From: Candidatus Binatia bacterium
GTDB lineage: Bacteria; Desulfobacterota; Binatia; Bin18
Assembly (NCBI GenBank): GCA_963666315.2
Contig: CAXXHG010000014.1
Span: forward strand, 138,047-202,046
Reading direction: 5' to 3'
DNA length: 64,000 nucleotides
In this document: positions 52,680 through 62,925 of the stretch, piece after piece
How the letters are laid out: every line of letters starts with the position of its first letter
Numbering within the stretch: position 1 is the stretch's first letter
Notes under the pieces: model-generated
The model's input: only the letters and a program-made list of their open reading frames with translations
Told to the model about the DNA's origin: nothing
The model's database searches: none
Position numbers and translations under genes: made by a program

Positions 52680-52875
52680 TGCAATCATATCGCAAAACAG
52701 CGAAATTGATAATACTCAAGCCGTTTTATCTGAATGGTGGAGCGGAGCTTTTCGTAACTGGAGAAATGCCGGCGTTTGTGGAAGAACGACGAGAGACACT
52801 TGGACACCAGCCTGCAAATGGCCGTTCTCGCTTTTACCGTCCTCCTGCTCAAAAGATTCAGAACAGTTTCTCAGC
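52680..52875 (+). mobile_element. IS5-family transposase C-terminal relic
   Basis: VVERSFS*LEKCRRLWKNDERHLDTSLQMAVLAFTVLLLKRF resembles the WVVERSFAWL..CRRL.K..ER end of IS5 transposases. Confidence 0.7.
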
Positions 52876-52923
52876 TCAGCTCCGAGGAGGGGAATTTAGC
52901 AATCTCAACAAACAGCATTTTGG

Positions 52924-53193
52924 TTATGCGTCGCCCCCTGCTTTCAATGGGAATCGCTCGGGATGCTCAATCGTCTGCAGTCCGAGATCTATATCCAAAT
53001 CAGGCCAGTAGAAGTGCTCTGGTGTCGGCTCTTCTACATTAACGATCTTGCTAATCGGCGCATCCCTGAACCATGGAAAATCCTCGTACGGCATAAACAG
53101 TTCTCGGTCATCTACGAGGATCCATATCCCACGCCTGGAGATATTAGTAACCTCAACCGTTGAAGTGCCGATGCCAAGCGGTTCTGAATTCAT
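52924..53193 (-). CDS. DUF2442 family protein
   Basis: VEVTNIS..GIWILV, PYEDFPWF and HFYWPDLDIDL motifs. Confidence 0.8.
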   Translation of the reverse strand: MNSEPLGIGTSTVEVTNISRRGIWILVDDRELFMPYEDFPWFRDAPISKIVNVEEPTPEHFYWPDLDIDLGLQTIEHPERFPLKAGGDA

Positions 53194-53196
53194 CTC

Positions 53197-53952
53197 TTAT
53201 CCCCGCCCAATAAACGGCATCTTGGTCGCCATGACCGTCATGAATTGTACATTCGCATCAAGCGGCAAATTTGCCATATATACGACCGCTTGCGCGACGT
53301 GATTCAAATCAAACGTGGGTTCGACCGCGATTGAGCCGTCCGGTTGTGGGACGCCTTTTTTCATGACTGCTGTCATTTCGGTCCCAGCGTTGCCGATATC
53401 GATTTGACCACAGGCAATATCGTATTTACGCCCATCAAGTGACGTCGATTTGGTCAGCCCAGTCATGGCGTGCTTCGTTGCCGTATACGGCGCAGAGTTA
53501 GGACGCGGGACGTGGGCCGAGATGGAACCGTTATTAATGATACGCCCGCCCCTGGGTTTTTGTTCTTTCATGATCTTGAATGCTTCCTGCGTACACAGAA
53601 ACGCACCGCTCAAGTTGATGTCCACAACGGCTTTCCATTGGTCGTAAGATACATCTTCCAGAGGCACAGGCGGTGCGCCGATGCCGGCATTGTTGAACAA
53701 TACGTCGAGTCGACCAAAGGTCTCTTTCGTTTGGGCGAACAAGGCACGAATAGAGTCAGGATCGCTCACATCAGTCGGCACGACGAGCGTCTTTGCATCT
53801 GCCTCAGCTTCTTGCGCCGTTGCTTCTAAGAACGCTACACGGCGGCCGGCTAAAGCTACGGCATAGCCCTCTTGCAAGAGGGCGAGTGCGGTGCATTTGC
53901 CAATGCCGGTGCCTGCGCCAGTTACGATAGCGACCTTTTTGTGCGTACTCAT
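53197..53952 (-). CDS. SDR family oxidoreductase
   Basis: [12 protein letters not shown] and YTATK motifs. Confidence 0.93.
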   Translation of the reverse strand: MSTHKKVAIVTGAGTGIGKCTALALLQEGYAVALAGRRVAFLEATAQEAEADAKTLVVPTDVSDPDSIRALFAQTKETFGRLDVLFNNAGIGAPPVPLEDVSYDQWKAVVDINLSGAFLCTQEAFKIMKEQKPRGGRIINNGSISAHVPRPNSAPYTATKHAMTGLTKSTSLDGRKYDIACGQIDIGNAGTEMTAVMKKGVPQPDGSIAVEPTFDLNHVAQAVVYMANLPLDANVQFMTVMATKMPFIGRG

Positions 53953-53988
53953 GTGTTGGCTCTCCTTGCCTTATGAATCAGCGCTGGG

Positions 53989-54137
53989 AACCCACCCCGG
54001 CGCTCCGCGCCACCCCTCCCAAGAGGGGAATTGAGAACGTGTGCAGCCTTTCCCTAGTCCGTAGCGGCGAGAAACATGGCGTGTTTCATTGTGGGATTCC
54101 TTAAAAAGGTAAGGGCACGGTAGACCGTACCTTTATA
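53989..54137. repeat. Intergenic REP-like palindromes
   Basis: CCCACCCCGGCGCTCCGCGCCACCCCTCCCAAGAGGGGA at about 53991-54029 and degenerate GTAAGGGCACGG-TAGA-CCGTACCTTTAT at 54109-54136. Confidence 0.55.
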
Positions 54138-54162
54138 AAGAGGCTGTTAAGATCAGTGCTCT

Positions 54163-54819
54163 CTACGGAGTCGGCTCGTGCTGGCCCCATCTATCGAAGT
54201 GGGTGACCTCAGTAACCGGGCGGCGTCTAACCGGACCGAACTTTCCCGTGGGGAAGCCGATTGGGATGGTCGCAACTACACCAAATTCAGACGGAATACC
54301 CAGCCGCTGCTGCAATTCGTCTTCGAACATTTGATGCATAGTCGTCAGGCTGGCGCCGAGACCGAGCGCACGACAAGCAAGCAGAATATTTTGTACGCAG
54401 GGATAGATCGAGCCATACGATGGGGGTGCTTTCCCTTCACGCTTTTCCTCAGGCACGGCAAACGGCCAGTCACGTTTTCCACAAACCAACAGCAGAACGG
54501 GGGCTTCGTGCATATGTTCCGCCAGATAGAGAGCGGATCGAATGATCCGAGCCCAGGATGATGTATCATCATTCTTCGGCCTCAGAGCCTCGCCAAAACG
54601 GTCCAGCATTGCTTGATAATACCGTTCCTGGAAAAACTTCTTGTTGGCTGCCTCCTGAAGAACCACAAAAGCCCAGGCTTGGAGATTTTGCCCACTTGGC
54701 GCACGTATCCCAGCGTCAAGGATCTTACGGATCATTTCAATCGGCACCGGATCCGTTTTAAGCCGCCGCATAGCCCGCATGGAGTGCATGGTTTCAAACA
54801 CACCGAGTTCTTCAGCCAT
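54163..54819 (-). CDS. Nitroreductase family protein
   Basis: RAMRRL, APSGQNLQAW, QNILLACRALGLG and IPIGFP motifs. Confidence 0.9.
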   Translation of the reverse strand: MAEELGVFETMHSMRAMRRLKTDPVPIEMIRKILDAGIRAPSGQNLQAWAFVVLQEAANKKFFQERYYQAMLDRFGEALRPKNDDTSSWARIIRSALYLAEHMHEAPVLLLVCGKRDWPFAVPEEKREGKAPPSYGSIYPCVQNILLACRALGLGASLTTMHQMFEDELQQRLGIPSEFGVVATIPIGFPTGKFGPVRRRPVTEVTHFDRWGQHEPTP

Positions 54820-54863
54820 GGTCTTCTTCCTTTTCAGTTTGGCAGTTTGCTGTATAGAGAACC

Positions 54864-56012
54864 TTATTGCGCCGCTTTTAATAAATGTTTGGCAATGATG
54901 ATACGCTGGATCTGTGACGTGCCTTCATAAATCTGGAGCAGTTTAGCATCGCGCATAAGCTTCTCGACCGGATACTCGCTAAAGTAGCCATACCCGCCAA
55001 AAATCTGGACGGCGTTGGTCGTGATCTGCATGGTCCGATCTGCACCGAACGCCTTGGCGTAACTCGATACAATAGAAGACTGCGCGCCTTGGTCGAGTGA
55101 CCACGCGGCTTTATAGGTCAGCAGCCGCATAGCCTCCAGCTCAATTGCCATGTCTGCCAGCATGAACTGTATAGCCTGAAAATTCGCGATAGCCTGGCCG
55201 AACGCTTCGCGTTGTTGAGAATATTTGACGGATTCATCGAGCGCTCGCTGCGAAATCCCAATGGCAAACGCGCCAACCTCAGGACGGCTCCGGTCAAAAG
55301 TGCGCATGGCGATTTTAAAGCCTGCGCCCTCGGCACCAACAAGCCCGCTCCGAGGAACCACGACATCTTCAAAGACGATCTCCGCCGTATCCGACGCACG
55401 CTGACCCATTTTATTATGCATCCGGTTGGCGGTGATGCCCTGCGTGGCGGCAGGCAGTACAAAACACGATACGGCGCCATGCCGCTGAGTTTTATCCTCG
55501 GTCGCAAACGTCACATACCACTGAGCAACGGAGCCATTTGTAATAAAGTGCTTGGTACCATTCAGGACAAAATCATCTCCGACTTTTCGGTAGGTCGTAG
55601 CAATGGCGGCAGCATCAGAGCCTGCGCCCGGCTCGGTCAAGGCAAAGGCAGCATACACCGGCTCGGAAACCAACCGCCCGAGATATTCTTTTTTTTGCTC
55701 GTCGTTTGCAGCGATGAGGAGCGGCGTCGTGGCCAGATTATTGGCCACCATATTGAGCGCAATACCCGCACAGCCGTAGACCAACTCCTCGTCGACCAGA
55801 CAGGTATCAAACACCTCTAGTCCAAGGCCGCCTTGGGCCGGCGGAATAAGCGGATTCAGGATGCCCAGCTCCCAGGCTTTGCGACAGATTTCATCAGGAA
55901 AATGTTCTTCTTTGTCATATTTGGCAGCAACAGGAATAATTTCCTCAACCGCGAACTTATGCACGGTTTCTTTTAGTTGTCGTTGCTCTGGGGTCAGTTC
56001 AAAGCCATACAT
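54864..56012 (-). CDS. Acyl-CoA dehydrogenase
   Basis: LTEPGAGSD, NGTKHFITNG, KMGQRAS, QIFGGYG and IYEGTSQIQ motifs. Confidence 0.95.
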   Translation of the reverse strand: MYGFELTPEQRQLKETVHKFAVEEIIPVAAKYDKEEHFPDEICRKAWELGILNPLIPPAQGGLGLEVFDTCLVDEELVYGCAGIALNMVANNLATTPLLIAANDEQKKEYLGRLVSEPVYAAFALTEPGAGSDAAAIATTYRKVGDDFVLNGTKHFITNGSVAQWYVTFATEDKTQRHGAVSCFVLPAATQGITANRMHNKMGQRASDTAEIVFEDVVVPRSGLVGAEGAGFKIAMRTFDRSRPEVGAFAIGISQRALDESVKYSQQREAFGQAIANFQAIQFMLADMAIELEAMRLLTYKAAWSLDQGAQSSIVSSYAKAFGADRTMQITTNAVQIFGGYGYFSEYPVEKLMRDAKLLQIYEGTSQIQRIIIAKHLLKAAQ

Positions 56013-56063
56013 AGCGGCTTCTCCTTCAGATTTTCCTAGATTTTCTCTTACAAGACAGGATGA

Positions 56064-57056
56064 CTATTGTAACCACTGCAGGCAGCCGGCTGCTTCTAAA
56101 ATCGGGTCTAAAGCCGTTTTCTGTGCAATTTTGGCATAGCGTTCGCGTAGTACGCCAAGAGATCGGGCATGGTATTTCTGCGTGCCTTGGGCATATTCCT
56201 TGCCACGCAGCATGGCAGAACATGTTTCCTCACCAGCAGCCAAGGCTTGGGCGTTCGCCACCGACCACGGCAGAAATGTTTGGCCGATTTCTTTCAGGAG
56301 CGGCATGAGCGTTGGGGCAAGATCGTCCCATGTCTCCAGCTCGCCTTCATCTTTGGGGTCCAGCATCTGCTGTGTCCAGGACAACACATTCGGGGCAACT
56401 GCCCGCATCATCGTCCCGGCCGAGGGGTCAGTCGAACACTGATAGAGCTGAGCAGCCAGGCCGAAATCGCCAAACATGGGTTTCCCACCAAACAGATACA
56501 TGCGTTGCTTGAGGTGTTGTTCGAGAATCGACAAAAGACGATCCAATGAGGACTCGATATGTTCCCGCGTGTGTTCTGACGAACCCACAAACGACAGCCG
56601 GGGGACCATACGCTCCCGGATCTGCTCTGCCGCCTTTTGATATTCTTCTTCGCTGAGTCCCGGTCTCGTCAGACGCACAATGCGCTCGGCAGTCGACTTT
56701 TGGTCCGGCTCATACCTCCAGCGGTAGTGGAACATCTGCTTATTGCCCCACTCATCGCCATACTCTTCGATCAGCGCAGAGAGGAACGCCAGGGCCGGGT
56801 CGCTAGGGTGTATGGACGGCTGAGCCCGGAGATTTTCAAAATGGTCCATAATGGGTGTCGAGTCTTGCATGCCCTTTCCATCTGGTGTCACGACGAGGGG
56901 AACAAGAGGCAGTTTGGCATAGCGTTCGAACTCTGCCTGATTGCTCGAATCGCGTGCAATCCATTCGTGCGGGATATGCTTATACCGAAAATACGCCCGG
57001 ACCTTTAATGAGTAGGGCGACAATTCCACACCAAAGAGGCGATAGGGTTGAGCCAT
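56064..57056 (-). CDS. Glutathione S-transferase family protein
   Basis: SPYSLKVRAYFRYK, QDSTPI and YLFGGKP..GDF motifs. Confidence 0.85.
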   Translation of the reverse strand: MAQPYRLFGVELSPYSLKVRAYFRYKHIPHEWIARDSSNQAEFERYAKLPLVPLVVTPDGKGMQDSTPIMDHFENLRAQPSIHPSDPALAFLSALIEEYGDEWGNKQMFHYRWRYEPDQKSTAERIVRLTRPGLSEEEYQKAAEQIRERMVPRLSFVGSSEHTREHIESSLDRLLSILEQHLKQRMYLFGGKPMFGDFGLAAQLYQCSTDPSAGTMMRAVAPNVLSWTQQMLDPKDEGELETWDDLAPTLMPLLKEIGQTFLPWSVANAQALAAGEETCSAMLRGKEYAQGTQKYHARSLGVLRERYAKIAQKTALDPILEAAGCLQWLQ

Positions 57057-57142
57057 AGCGTTATCTCCACAGGCGTAGCATTCTGGTCTCTGTACCGAAC
57101 GCTCTTTCCTCCGGACGGAGGTGAATGCTTCGTCCCTATAAT

Positions 57143-57931
57143 CTATTTCCCATTAAATTTAGGGGCGCGTTTCTCTAGGAAAGCCGTAATGCCTTCTCGC
57201 CCGTCCTCGGTCTTGGCCCGTGCGGCAATGGACTGGGTTTCGTTTTCCATCTGAGTTTCAAGCGTTTCCGTCCAGCCGCTATGCAGGAGCCGTTTGGCTC
57301 CGCCAAAAGCGCCCGTCGGCCCCTGCGCCAGCTCACCTGCCAGCTTTTCTGCTTCGGCCACTAGGTCTGCATCCGGTACGACCCGATTAACGAGGCCCCA
57401 CTCCGCAGCTTCCTGGGCTGAAAGGATCCGATTGGTGATGGTCAACTCTAACGCCCGTTTCATACCCACAATGCGCGGCAGAAAATACGTTGACGAGCCG
57501 TCCGGGGTCAGTCCGACGCGGGTGTAGGCCATGGTAAATTTGGCCGATTCGGCAGCCAAGACAATATCGCACGAACAGGCAATACTCAGGCCTGCGCCCG
57601 CAGCTATGCCATTCACCGCGCCGATCAGCGGCGGGTCCATGCGTGCAAAACGCGAGATAGCGCCATGCAGATACGTAGTCACTTCTTTCATGTGGGCCGG
57701 CAGTTTCTCCCCTTGCGTAGCAAAACTCTTCAGGTCGCCGCCGACACAGAACATCCGACCGCTTCCCGTCATCACAACCGCCCGGATTTCGGGGTCCTCG
57801 TCGCATTCGAGCGAGGCGTGCATGAGGTCATAGGCAAGATCGAAATTGAGCGCGTTGGCCGCCTCAGGACGGTTGATCGTGATCTTTGCGATATTGTCTT
57901 TCTTTTCAAACAGAATGGCCGTGTAGAGCAT
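57143..57931 (-). CDS. Enoyl-CoA hydratase/isomerase (PaaG-like)
   Basis: FCVGGDL, AAGAG, GLTPDG and EGITAFLEKR motifs. Confidence 0.9.
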   Translation of the reverse strand: MLYTAILFEKKDNIAKITINRPEAANALNFDLAYDLMHASLECDEDPEIRAVVMTGSGRMFCVGGDLKSFATQGEKLPAHMKEVTTYLHGAISRFARMDPPLIGAVNGIAAGAGLSIACSCDIVLAAESAKFTMAYTRVGLTPDGSSTYFLPRIVGMKRALELTITNRILSAQEAAEWGLVNRVVPDADLVAEAEKLAGELAQGPTGAFGGAKRLLHSGWTETLETQMENETQSIAARAKTEDGREGITAFLEKRAPKFNGK

Positions 57932-57950
57932 GAGTTCCTCCGTATTGCTC

Positions 57951-58847
57951 CTAAATGGATTGAATGGATTGCAGGAAACCGGCGATTGCCTGACCTATCT
58001 CCTGCGGAGCATCTTCTTGGATAAAATGAGATCCTTGGACCGTAATTTCCTGCTGATTTGGCCAGGTACGGCAAAACTCACGCTGTGGGCCGGTCAGGAT
58101 CGCACCAGGATCGGCGTTCACAAAGAGTTTGGGAATATCACTCGCCGCCAGCCACTTCCCATATTGCTCGACGATCTCCACCACGTCTGCGGGCTCGCCT
58201 TCAATAGGAATCTCGCGCGGCCAGGTGAGCGTTGGCCTGCGTGACTCGCCGGACTCAGCATAGGGTTTGCGGTAGACGGCCATTTCTTCTTGGGTCAGAT
58301 CACGCACCACACTGCCGGGCAAGACTCGTTCCACGAACGTGTTCTTGTGCAGCACCATCTCTTCTCCGGCAGGAGAGCGGAAGCTTTGAAAGACTTTGCG
58401 TGCCGCCTCGGGAAAGGTCTCCCAGGTCAGGGGGTAAACAATCGCCTCCATATAGACCAGCGCTCTGATGCAATCAGGGTAGCGCTGCGCCCGGTGGAAG
58501 CCCAAGGCTGAACCCCAGTCGTGGATGACCAGCGTGACGTTCTGGACGTTCTGATTGAGGCCAACGGCGTCAAACCAGGCATCCACGTAACGGGAGTGGT
58601 CCACAAACCGATACGATCCGGTAGGGTTTTTCCCCGAGTCGCCCATACCGATCAAATCCGGAGCCAGGCAACGCGCGCCGCTTTCAACGTACGGGATAAT
58701 ATTGCGCCACAAATAGGACGACGTTGGATTGCCGTGAAGAAAAACGACCGGATCTCCACGGCCGGTATCGACATAGGCCATCTCACTGTCAAGCACGGAA
58801 ACACGTTTTCGTTCGTATGGATCGTTCGCTGAAATGGATTGCGACAT
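57951..58847 (-). CDS. Haloalkane dehalogenase (HLD-II, DhaA/LinB-like)
   Basis: HGNPTSSYLWRN, IHDWGSALG, YMEAI, TLTWPREIP and HFIQED motifs. Confidence 0.92.
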   Translation of the reverse strand: MSQSISANDPYERKRVSVLDSEMAYVDTGRGDPVVFLHGNPTSSYLWRNIIPYVESGARCLAPDLIGMGDSGKNPTGSYRFVDHSRYVDAWFDAVGLNQNVQNVTLVIHDWGSALGFHRAQRYPDCIRALVYMEAIVYPLTWETFPEAARKVFQSFRSPAGEEMVLHKNTFVERVLPGSVVRDLTQEEMAVYRKPYAESGESRRPTLTWPREIPIEGEPADVVEIVEQYGKWLAASDIPKLFVNADPGAILTGPQREFCRTWPNQQEITVQGSHFIQEDAPQEIGQAIAGFLQSIQSI

Positions 58848-58913
58848 GAAATATTCTCCTTATCGCCAAAATGAACACAGGCCAATTCCTCTGGTAGGGG
58901 CAACGCTACGATT

Positions 58914-59948
58914 TTATCTATTCGTTCCCGCCACGTCCGCCATCAAGGCCAACGCCTCAGGCTGACTCGACTGGACCATCATGGTTGAAACGCCGGCGTC
59001 TTCCCAAGCTTTGAAGCGTTCGCGAATCCGAGCCGGTGGGCCACACAAGGAGATTTCATCACACAGCTCATCCGGGACCAGCGCGGTGGCCTCTTTCTTA
59101 CGGCCCGCCAGATAGAGATCTTGGATCTCAGCAGCGACATCAGCGTAGCCGTACTTCGAGACCATCTCATTGTGGAAGTTCTTGCCTTTGGCCCCCATCC
59201 CACCAACATACAGAGCCAAGGTGGGCTTGAGTTGGGCGAGGCAGGCGGTGACATCGTCTCCGATGATGACCGTGCATCCAGCGACCACATCAAAATTGTC
59301 CAAAGACTTGCCACCCCCGGCACGCTGGAAACCTTTTTCCAAGTCGGGGGCAAACATATTCATGCGGTAGGGCGAAAACCAAATCGGCAACCAACCATCG
59401 GCGAGTTCGGCCGTAATGCGGATGCTGAGCGGCTTCATAGTCGCCAGATAGACGGGTAAGCGCCGTGAGTGCAGGATTGATTTGAGCGGTTTACCAAGGC
59501 CACTTGCGTCTCCGCCTTGGTAGGGTAGTTGATATACCTTGCCATCCAGGGCAACCGGCTCTTGACGATCCCAAATCTTGTGCAGGATCTCCACATACTC
59601 ACGAATACGCGCGGCGGCTTTGCTGTACGGCATGCCGTGCCAGCCCTCGATCACCTGCGGACCGGACATACCCAGGCCTACCAGCACGCGACCATTGGAT
59701 AGCGCATCCAGTGTCGACATGGTCATGGCACACATAGCCGGCGTACGAGCCGGGATTTGCATAATGCCGGTGCCAAGTTTAATGCGCGAGGTTTTCGCAG
59801 CCAAATAGGCCAACGGCGTCACGGCATCCGAGCCATACGCCTCTGCGCTCCATACCGAGTCATAACCCAGCTTTTCCGCCTCAAGGATCATATCCATGGG
59901 CAGTTCAACCCGTCCGCCGGAATAGCCAACGCCGATTGCAAGTTTCAT
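58914..59948 (-). CDS. LLM-class F420-dependent oxidoreductase
   Basis: WSAEAYGSDA, LGTGIMQIPARTP, SGPQVIEGWHG and LYVGGMG motifs. Confidence 0.9.
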   Translation of the reverse strand: MKLAIGVGYSGGRVELPMDMILEAEKLGYDSVWSAEAYGSDAVTPLAYLAAKTSRIKLGTGIMQIPARTPAMCAMTMSTLDALSNGRVLVGLGMSGPQVIEGWHGMPYSKAAARIREYVEILHKIWDRQEPVALDGKVYQLPYQGGDASGLGKPLKSILHSRRLPVYLATMKPLSIRITAELADGWLPIWFSPYRMNMFAPDLEKGFQRAGGGKSLDNFDVVAGCTVIIGDDVTACLAQLKPTLALYVGGMGAKGKNFHNEMVSKYGYADVAAEIQDLYLAGRKKEATALVPDELCDEISLCGPPARIRERFKAWEDAGVSTMMVQSSQPEALALMADVAGTNR

Positions 59949-60071
59949 GGGAACTCCTTCCTCGTGCGAGGTGAATGAATATTCGCCGTAGGGGACTGTT
60001 TATATCGAACAGCTGAACGTGCGGCTACTCGGGTAGGAGAAATATTCGCTTGAAAATACATGATGCTATAT

Positions 60072-60107
60072 TTGACAAAAGCCTTTCATGTGGTCACAAT
60101 GACCACA
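60072..60107 (+). promoter_or_regulatory. Sigma70-type promoter overlapped by a palindromic TA operator
   Basis: TTGACA (60072-60077), 17 bp, CACAAT (60095-60100); perfect inverted repeat TGTGGTCA-CAA-TGACCACA at 60089-60107. Confidence 0.7.
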
Positions 60108-60108
60108 A

Positions 60109-60408
60109 ATGCAAAATGAACAACGCCAAACAGTTGGTGCACGCGAATTAAAAACTCGTCTTGGGACTTACCTTCGTCAAGTCCAACAAGGCACAACCCT
60201 TATTGTGACTGAGCGAGGCCGGCCTGTTGCGGAACTGCGTCCGCTGAGCATAGAGACGCAAGGCGAAGAAGCGCGTCTTGACGAACTTGTCGCTCTTGGC
60301 GTACTCAGCCGAAAAGCCAAGACCCCTTTTGCTCCCTTCAAGCCCATTTGTACGAAAGGTCCGCTTGTCTCAACTGCTATTACCGAAGACCGCGAGGATC
60401 GGTTTTGA
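60109..60408 (+). CDS. Phd/YefM-family antitoxin
   Basis: VGARELKTRLGTYLRQV..G..LIVTERGRPVAEL; overlaps the toxin start (TTGA). Confidence 0.9.
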   Translation: MQNEQRQTVGARELKTRLGTYLRQVQQGTTLIVTERGRPVAELRPLSIETQGEEARLDELVALGVLSRKAKTPFAPFKPICTKGPLVSTAITEDREDRF

Positions 60409-60830
60409 TCTATTACTTCGATGCCAGTGCTCTGGTGAAACGGTATATTCGTGAGCCGGAGAGTAATAAAGTCCGTCGTCTCACGGAAGAGAGCGCACCG
60501 ATAACAAGCCGCCTGTCGGAGGTCGAGGTCGCCTCAGCCATAGCTCGACGATGTCGAGAAGGAGTCCTCTCCATTACGGACCAAGATCGTGCTTTGGAAA
60601 CTCTGCGTCGAGACCTGGCCTCGTCATTCTACGTTGTTGAACTCTCGGCTGCCATTGGGACTATGACGCACGGACTTTTTTCTCGTACTTCCCTCAGAGC
60701 AGGAGACGCCATTCAGCTGGCCTCTTGTTTGTCTATCCAGCAGCGACTGGACCTCCCCATACACTTTATCGCGTACGATACTCGTCTGAACGAGGCCGCC
60801 CAACAAGAAGGGCTTTTTGTTCTACACTGA
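60405..60830 (+). CDS. vapC: VapC/PIN-domain toxin
   Basis: YFDASALVKRY..E, EVASA, LRAGDAIQLAS and AYDTRL; TTG start. Confidence 0.9.
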   Translation: MIYYFDASALVKRYIREPESNKVRRLTEESAPITSRLSEVEVASAIARRCREGVLSITDQDRALETLRRDLASSFYVVELSAAIGTMTHGLFSRTSLRAGDAIQLASCLSIQQRLDLPIHFIAYDTRLNEAAQQEGLFVLH

Positions 60831-60834
60831 AACG

Positions 60835-61824
60835 TTAAGCATCTTTCAGCGCTCCCGCCACGCGCGCATAATCTTCAAGGCGCGGTAGGAGCAGCGGGAG
60901 GTCCACACCCGCCTGTCGATACTCGGCTATACCTTCTTTGCATTTTTCTACTGAGCCGATGAGGTAAAAAGACTCGACCATTTCATCCGTTATGAGCCCT
61001 ACGGCCTCTTTGCCTTCATCTTTTGCATAAGACTCCCGCAAGGGTCCAAGAATGGAGGGATCAAAGCCGCCCTTTCCCAGCAGAATCTCTCCCACATAGG
61101 CTTCGTCGAGCAAGCGCACGATACGTTTTTTCAGCGTAGGCAGCAGGGTCTGAGGTTCGTCGGTCATGCGCACCACAAGCATGCAGGCAATATCAATAGA
61201 CTCTGGATCACGTCCAGCCTCTTGAGCAGCGCAGCGTATCTCTTCGACCGCGTATTTGACGTAGGACGGAGGAACGTAGGCATTGAGCAGGACGCCATCG
61301 GCAATCGCTCCAGCCAGACGCAGCCCTTTTTTCCCAATTGCGGCAAGATAGATGGGCAGGTTTTGTTGAATCGGCGTTGTAGCAAGGCGAGCATTGCGCA
61401 GTGTAAAAGGCCCGTCGGAGTCGGTTACCCGTTCACCAGATAAGAGACGTTTGACAAGCGAGACTGCGCCCTTCAGCGCTGCCTGGGAATTGCCGTAGGA
61501 CATCCCCATCTTGTCTTGGATAACTTGGCGTTCGCTTCGTCCCAGCCCCAACAAAAAGCGTCCGCCCGTGATCCGATCCAGCGTTGCCGTTGCCATGGCT
61601 AAGAGCGCGGGGTTCCGCGTGTAGGGGTTAGTGACGCCAACGCCAAGTTTGATCTTTTCTGTAGCAGCACCAAGATAGCCAAGTAGAGAAAAAATCTCTT
61701 CATGGAAATAGCGCTCCGTCACCCACAACGACTCATAACCCGCGTCTTCCGCAATTTGTCCGTACTGTTTGAGTTCTGGACCACTTTCAATGCCATGGTA
61801 GAGGACGAGACCTAATCGACCCAT
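60835..61824 (-). CDS. LLM-class flavin/F420-dependent oxidoreductase
   Basis: IKLGVGVTNPYTRNP, GGRFLLGLG, PIYLAA and AGAIADG motifs. Confidence 0.88.
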   Translation of the reverse strand: MGRLGLVLYHGIESGPELKQYGQIAEDAGYESLWVTERYFHEEIFSLLGYLGAATEKIKLGVGVTNPYTRNPALLAMATATLDRITGGRFLLGLGRSERQVIQDKMGMSYGNSQAALKGAVSLVKRLLSGERVTDSDGPFTLRNARLATTPIQQNLPIYLAAIGKKGLRLAGAIADGVLLNAYVPPSYVKYAVEEIRCAAQEAGRDPESIDIACMLVVRMTDEPQTLLPTLKKRIVRLLDEAYVGEILLGKGGFDPSILGPLRESYAKDEGKEAVGLITDEMVESFYLIGSVEKCKEGIAEYRQAGVDLPLLLPRLEDYARVAGALKDA

Positions 61825-61848
61825 ATTAGTACTCCGTTCCGACTCCTC

Positions 61849-62880
61849 TTATGCAGTCTTCTCTGCCACAAACGTCCAATACGTCGGGATGATGTCCGGA
61901 TTCTCGTCGGTCACGTTAAACCCCGTGTCTTTTAACATTTGAAAAATATCACCCCGAGTGTTAACGATATTCCCCCAGGTCACTTCAAACCACTGTTCCA
62001 GAATACTCATGGTGAAGCGTCGGTCGTGCAAATCTTTCCCAGTCTCAGGCGCACACCGATCAACAACGAGTAATACTCCGCCTGGCTTGAGACTACGGTG
62101 ACACCGAACCAGGATATCTACTTTCTTTTCGTCTGGAAGCTCGTGGAGGACCTGGACCATAGTTATGAGATCAAACTCGTTCTCAAAAGGCAGTTCTTCC
62201 CCGCCGACCGACTCAACCTGCACCCGGTCGCTCAGCCTTTTATCTTGAATCAGCTTTCGCGAAGTCTTCACAAAATACGGCAACGGCTCGATGCCGGTGA
62301 CCTGGCAGGTCGGAAACTCTTCGGCAAAACGGACGATGACCGACCCATTGCCGGAGCCGATGTCCATCACTTTACCGGCGGTACGCAGTCGCTCTTCCAT
62401 CCCAGGCAGTTTGCGGGCTACAGCAACCACGACGGGCGCACGCAAAGCTGAGATTTTGCCTTGATGATGAAAAAAGTCTTCATCGTGGTCGTGGAAGGTT
62501 TTCAGTGCGCCGGTGCGAAAGGCGTCGGGATACGCGTGAAAGTCTCGTGACAGACTTGCCAGCACATGGGTAGTGAGGAGTTCAGGCGATGCTTCGCCGA
62601 GGAGTTCGTCCATAAACGGCGCAAAGGTGAATCTTGTATCGTCTTTCACCTGCAACACGCCGACCGCACACGCCGCCTGGCACCACACTTTTGTCCGCCA
62701 CGGGTCGAGTTGAAGCGACTTGGCGAGTTCTTCAGCACAGGCCGTTCCACCGCAGCGACGAATCTCAGCGAAATAGCCTAGCCTGCCACCGATGTCGGTA
62801 ATATACGTGGCGTGCAGGCCGAGCATCCAACTCCGCATCATACGCGCTTGGCTGTTTTTTGTGATTTCTTTGTCTGGCAT
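61849..62880 (-). CDS. Class I SAM-dependent methyltransferase with N-terminal winged HTH
   Basis: VMDIGSGNG, FDLI and SLKPGGVL; N-terminal AEELAKSL..W segment. Confidence 0.85.
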   Translation of the reverse strand: MPDKEITKNSQARMMRSWMLGLHATYITDIGGRLGYFAEIRRCGGTACAEELAKSLQLDPWRTKVWCQAACAVGVLQVKDDTRFTFAPFMDELLGEASPELLTTHVLASLSRDFHAYPDAFRTGALKTFHDHDEDFFHHQGKISALRAPVVVAVARKLPGMEERLRTAGKVMDIGSGNGSVIVRFAEEFPTCQVTGIEPLPYFVKTSRKLIQDKRLSDRVQVESVGGEELPFENEFDLITMVQVLHELPDEKKVDILVRCHRSLKPGGVLLVVDRCAPETGKDLHDRRFTMSILEQWFEVTWGNIVNTRGDIFQMLKDTGFNVTDENPDIIPTYWTFVAEKTA

Positions 62881-62925
62881 GCGGTCTCTCCCCAAGAAAA
62901 TTCGATTCTCTAGGTTGCACCGTAA

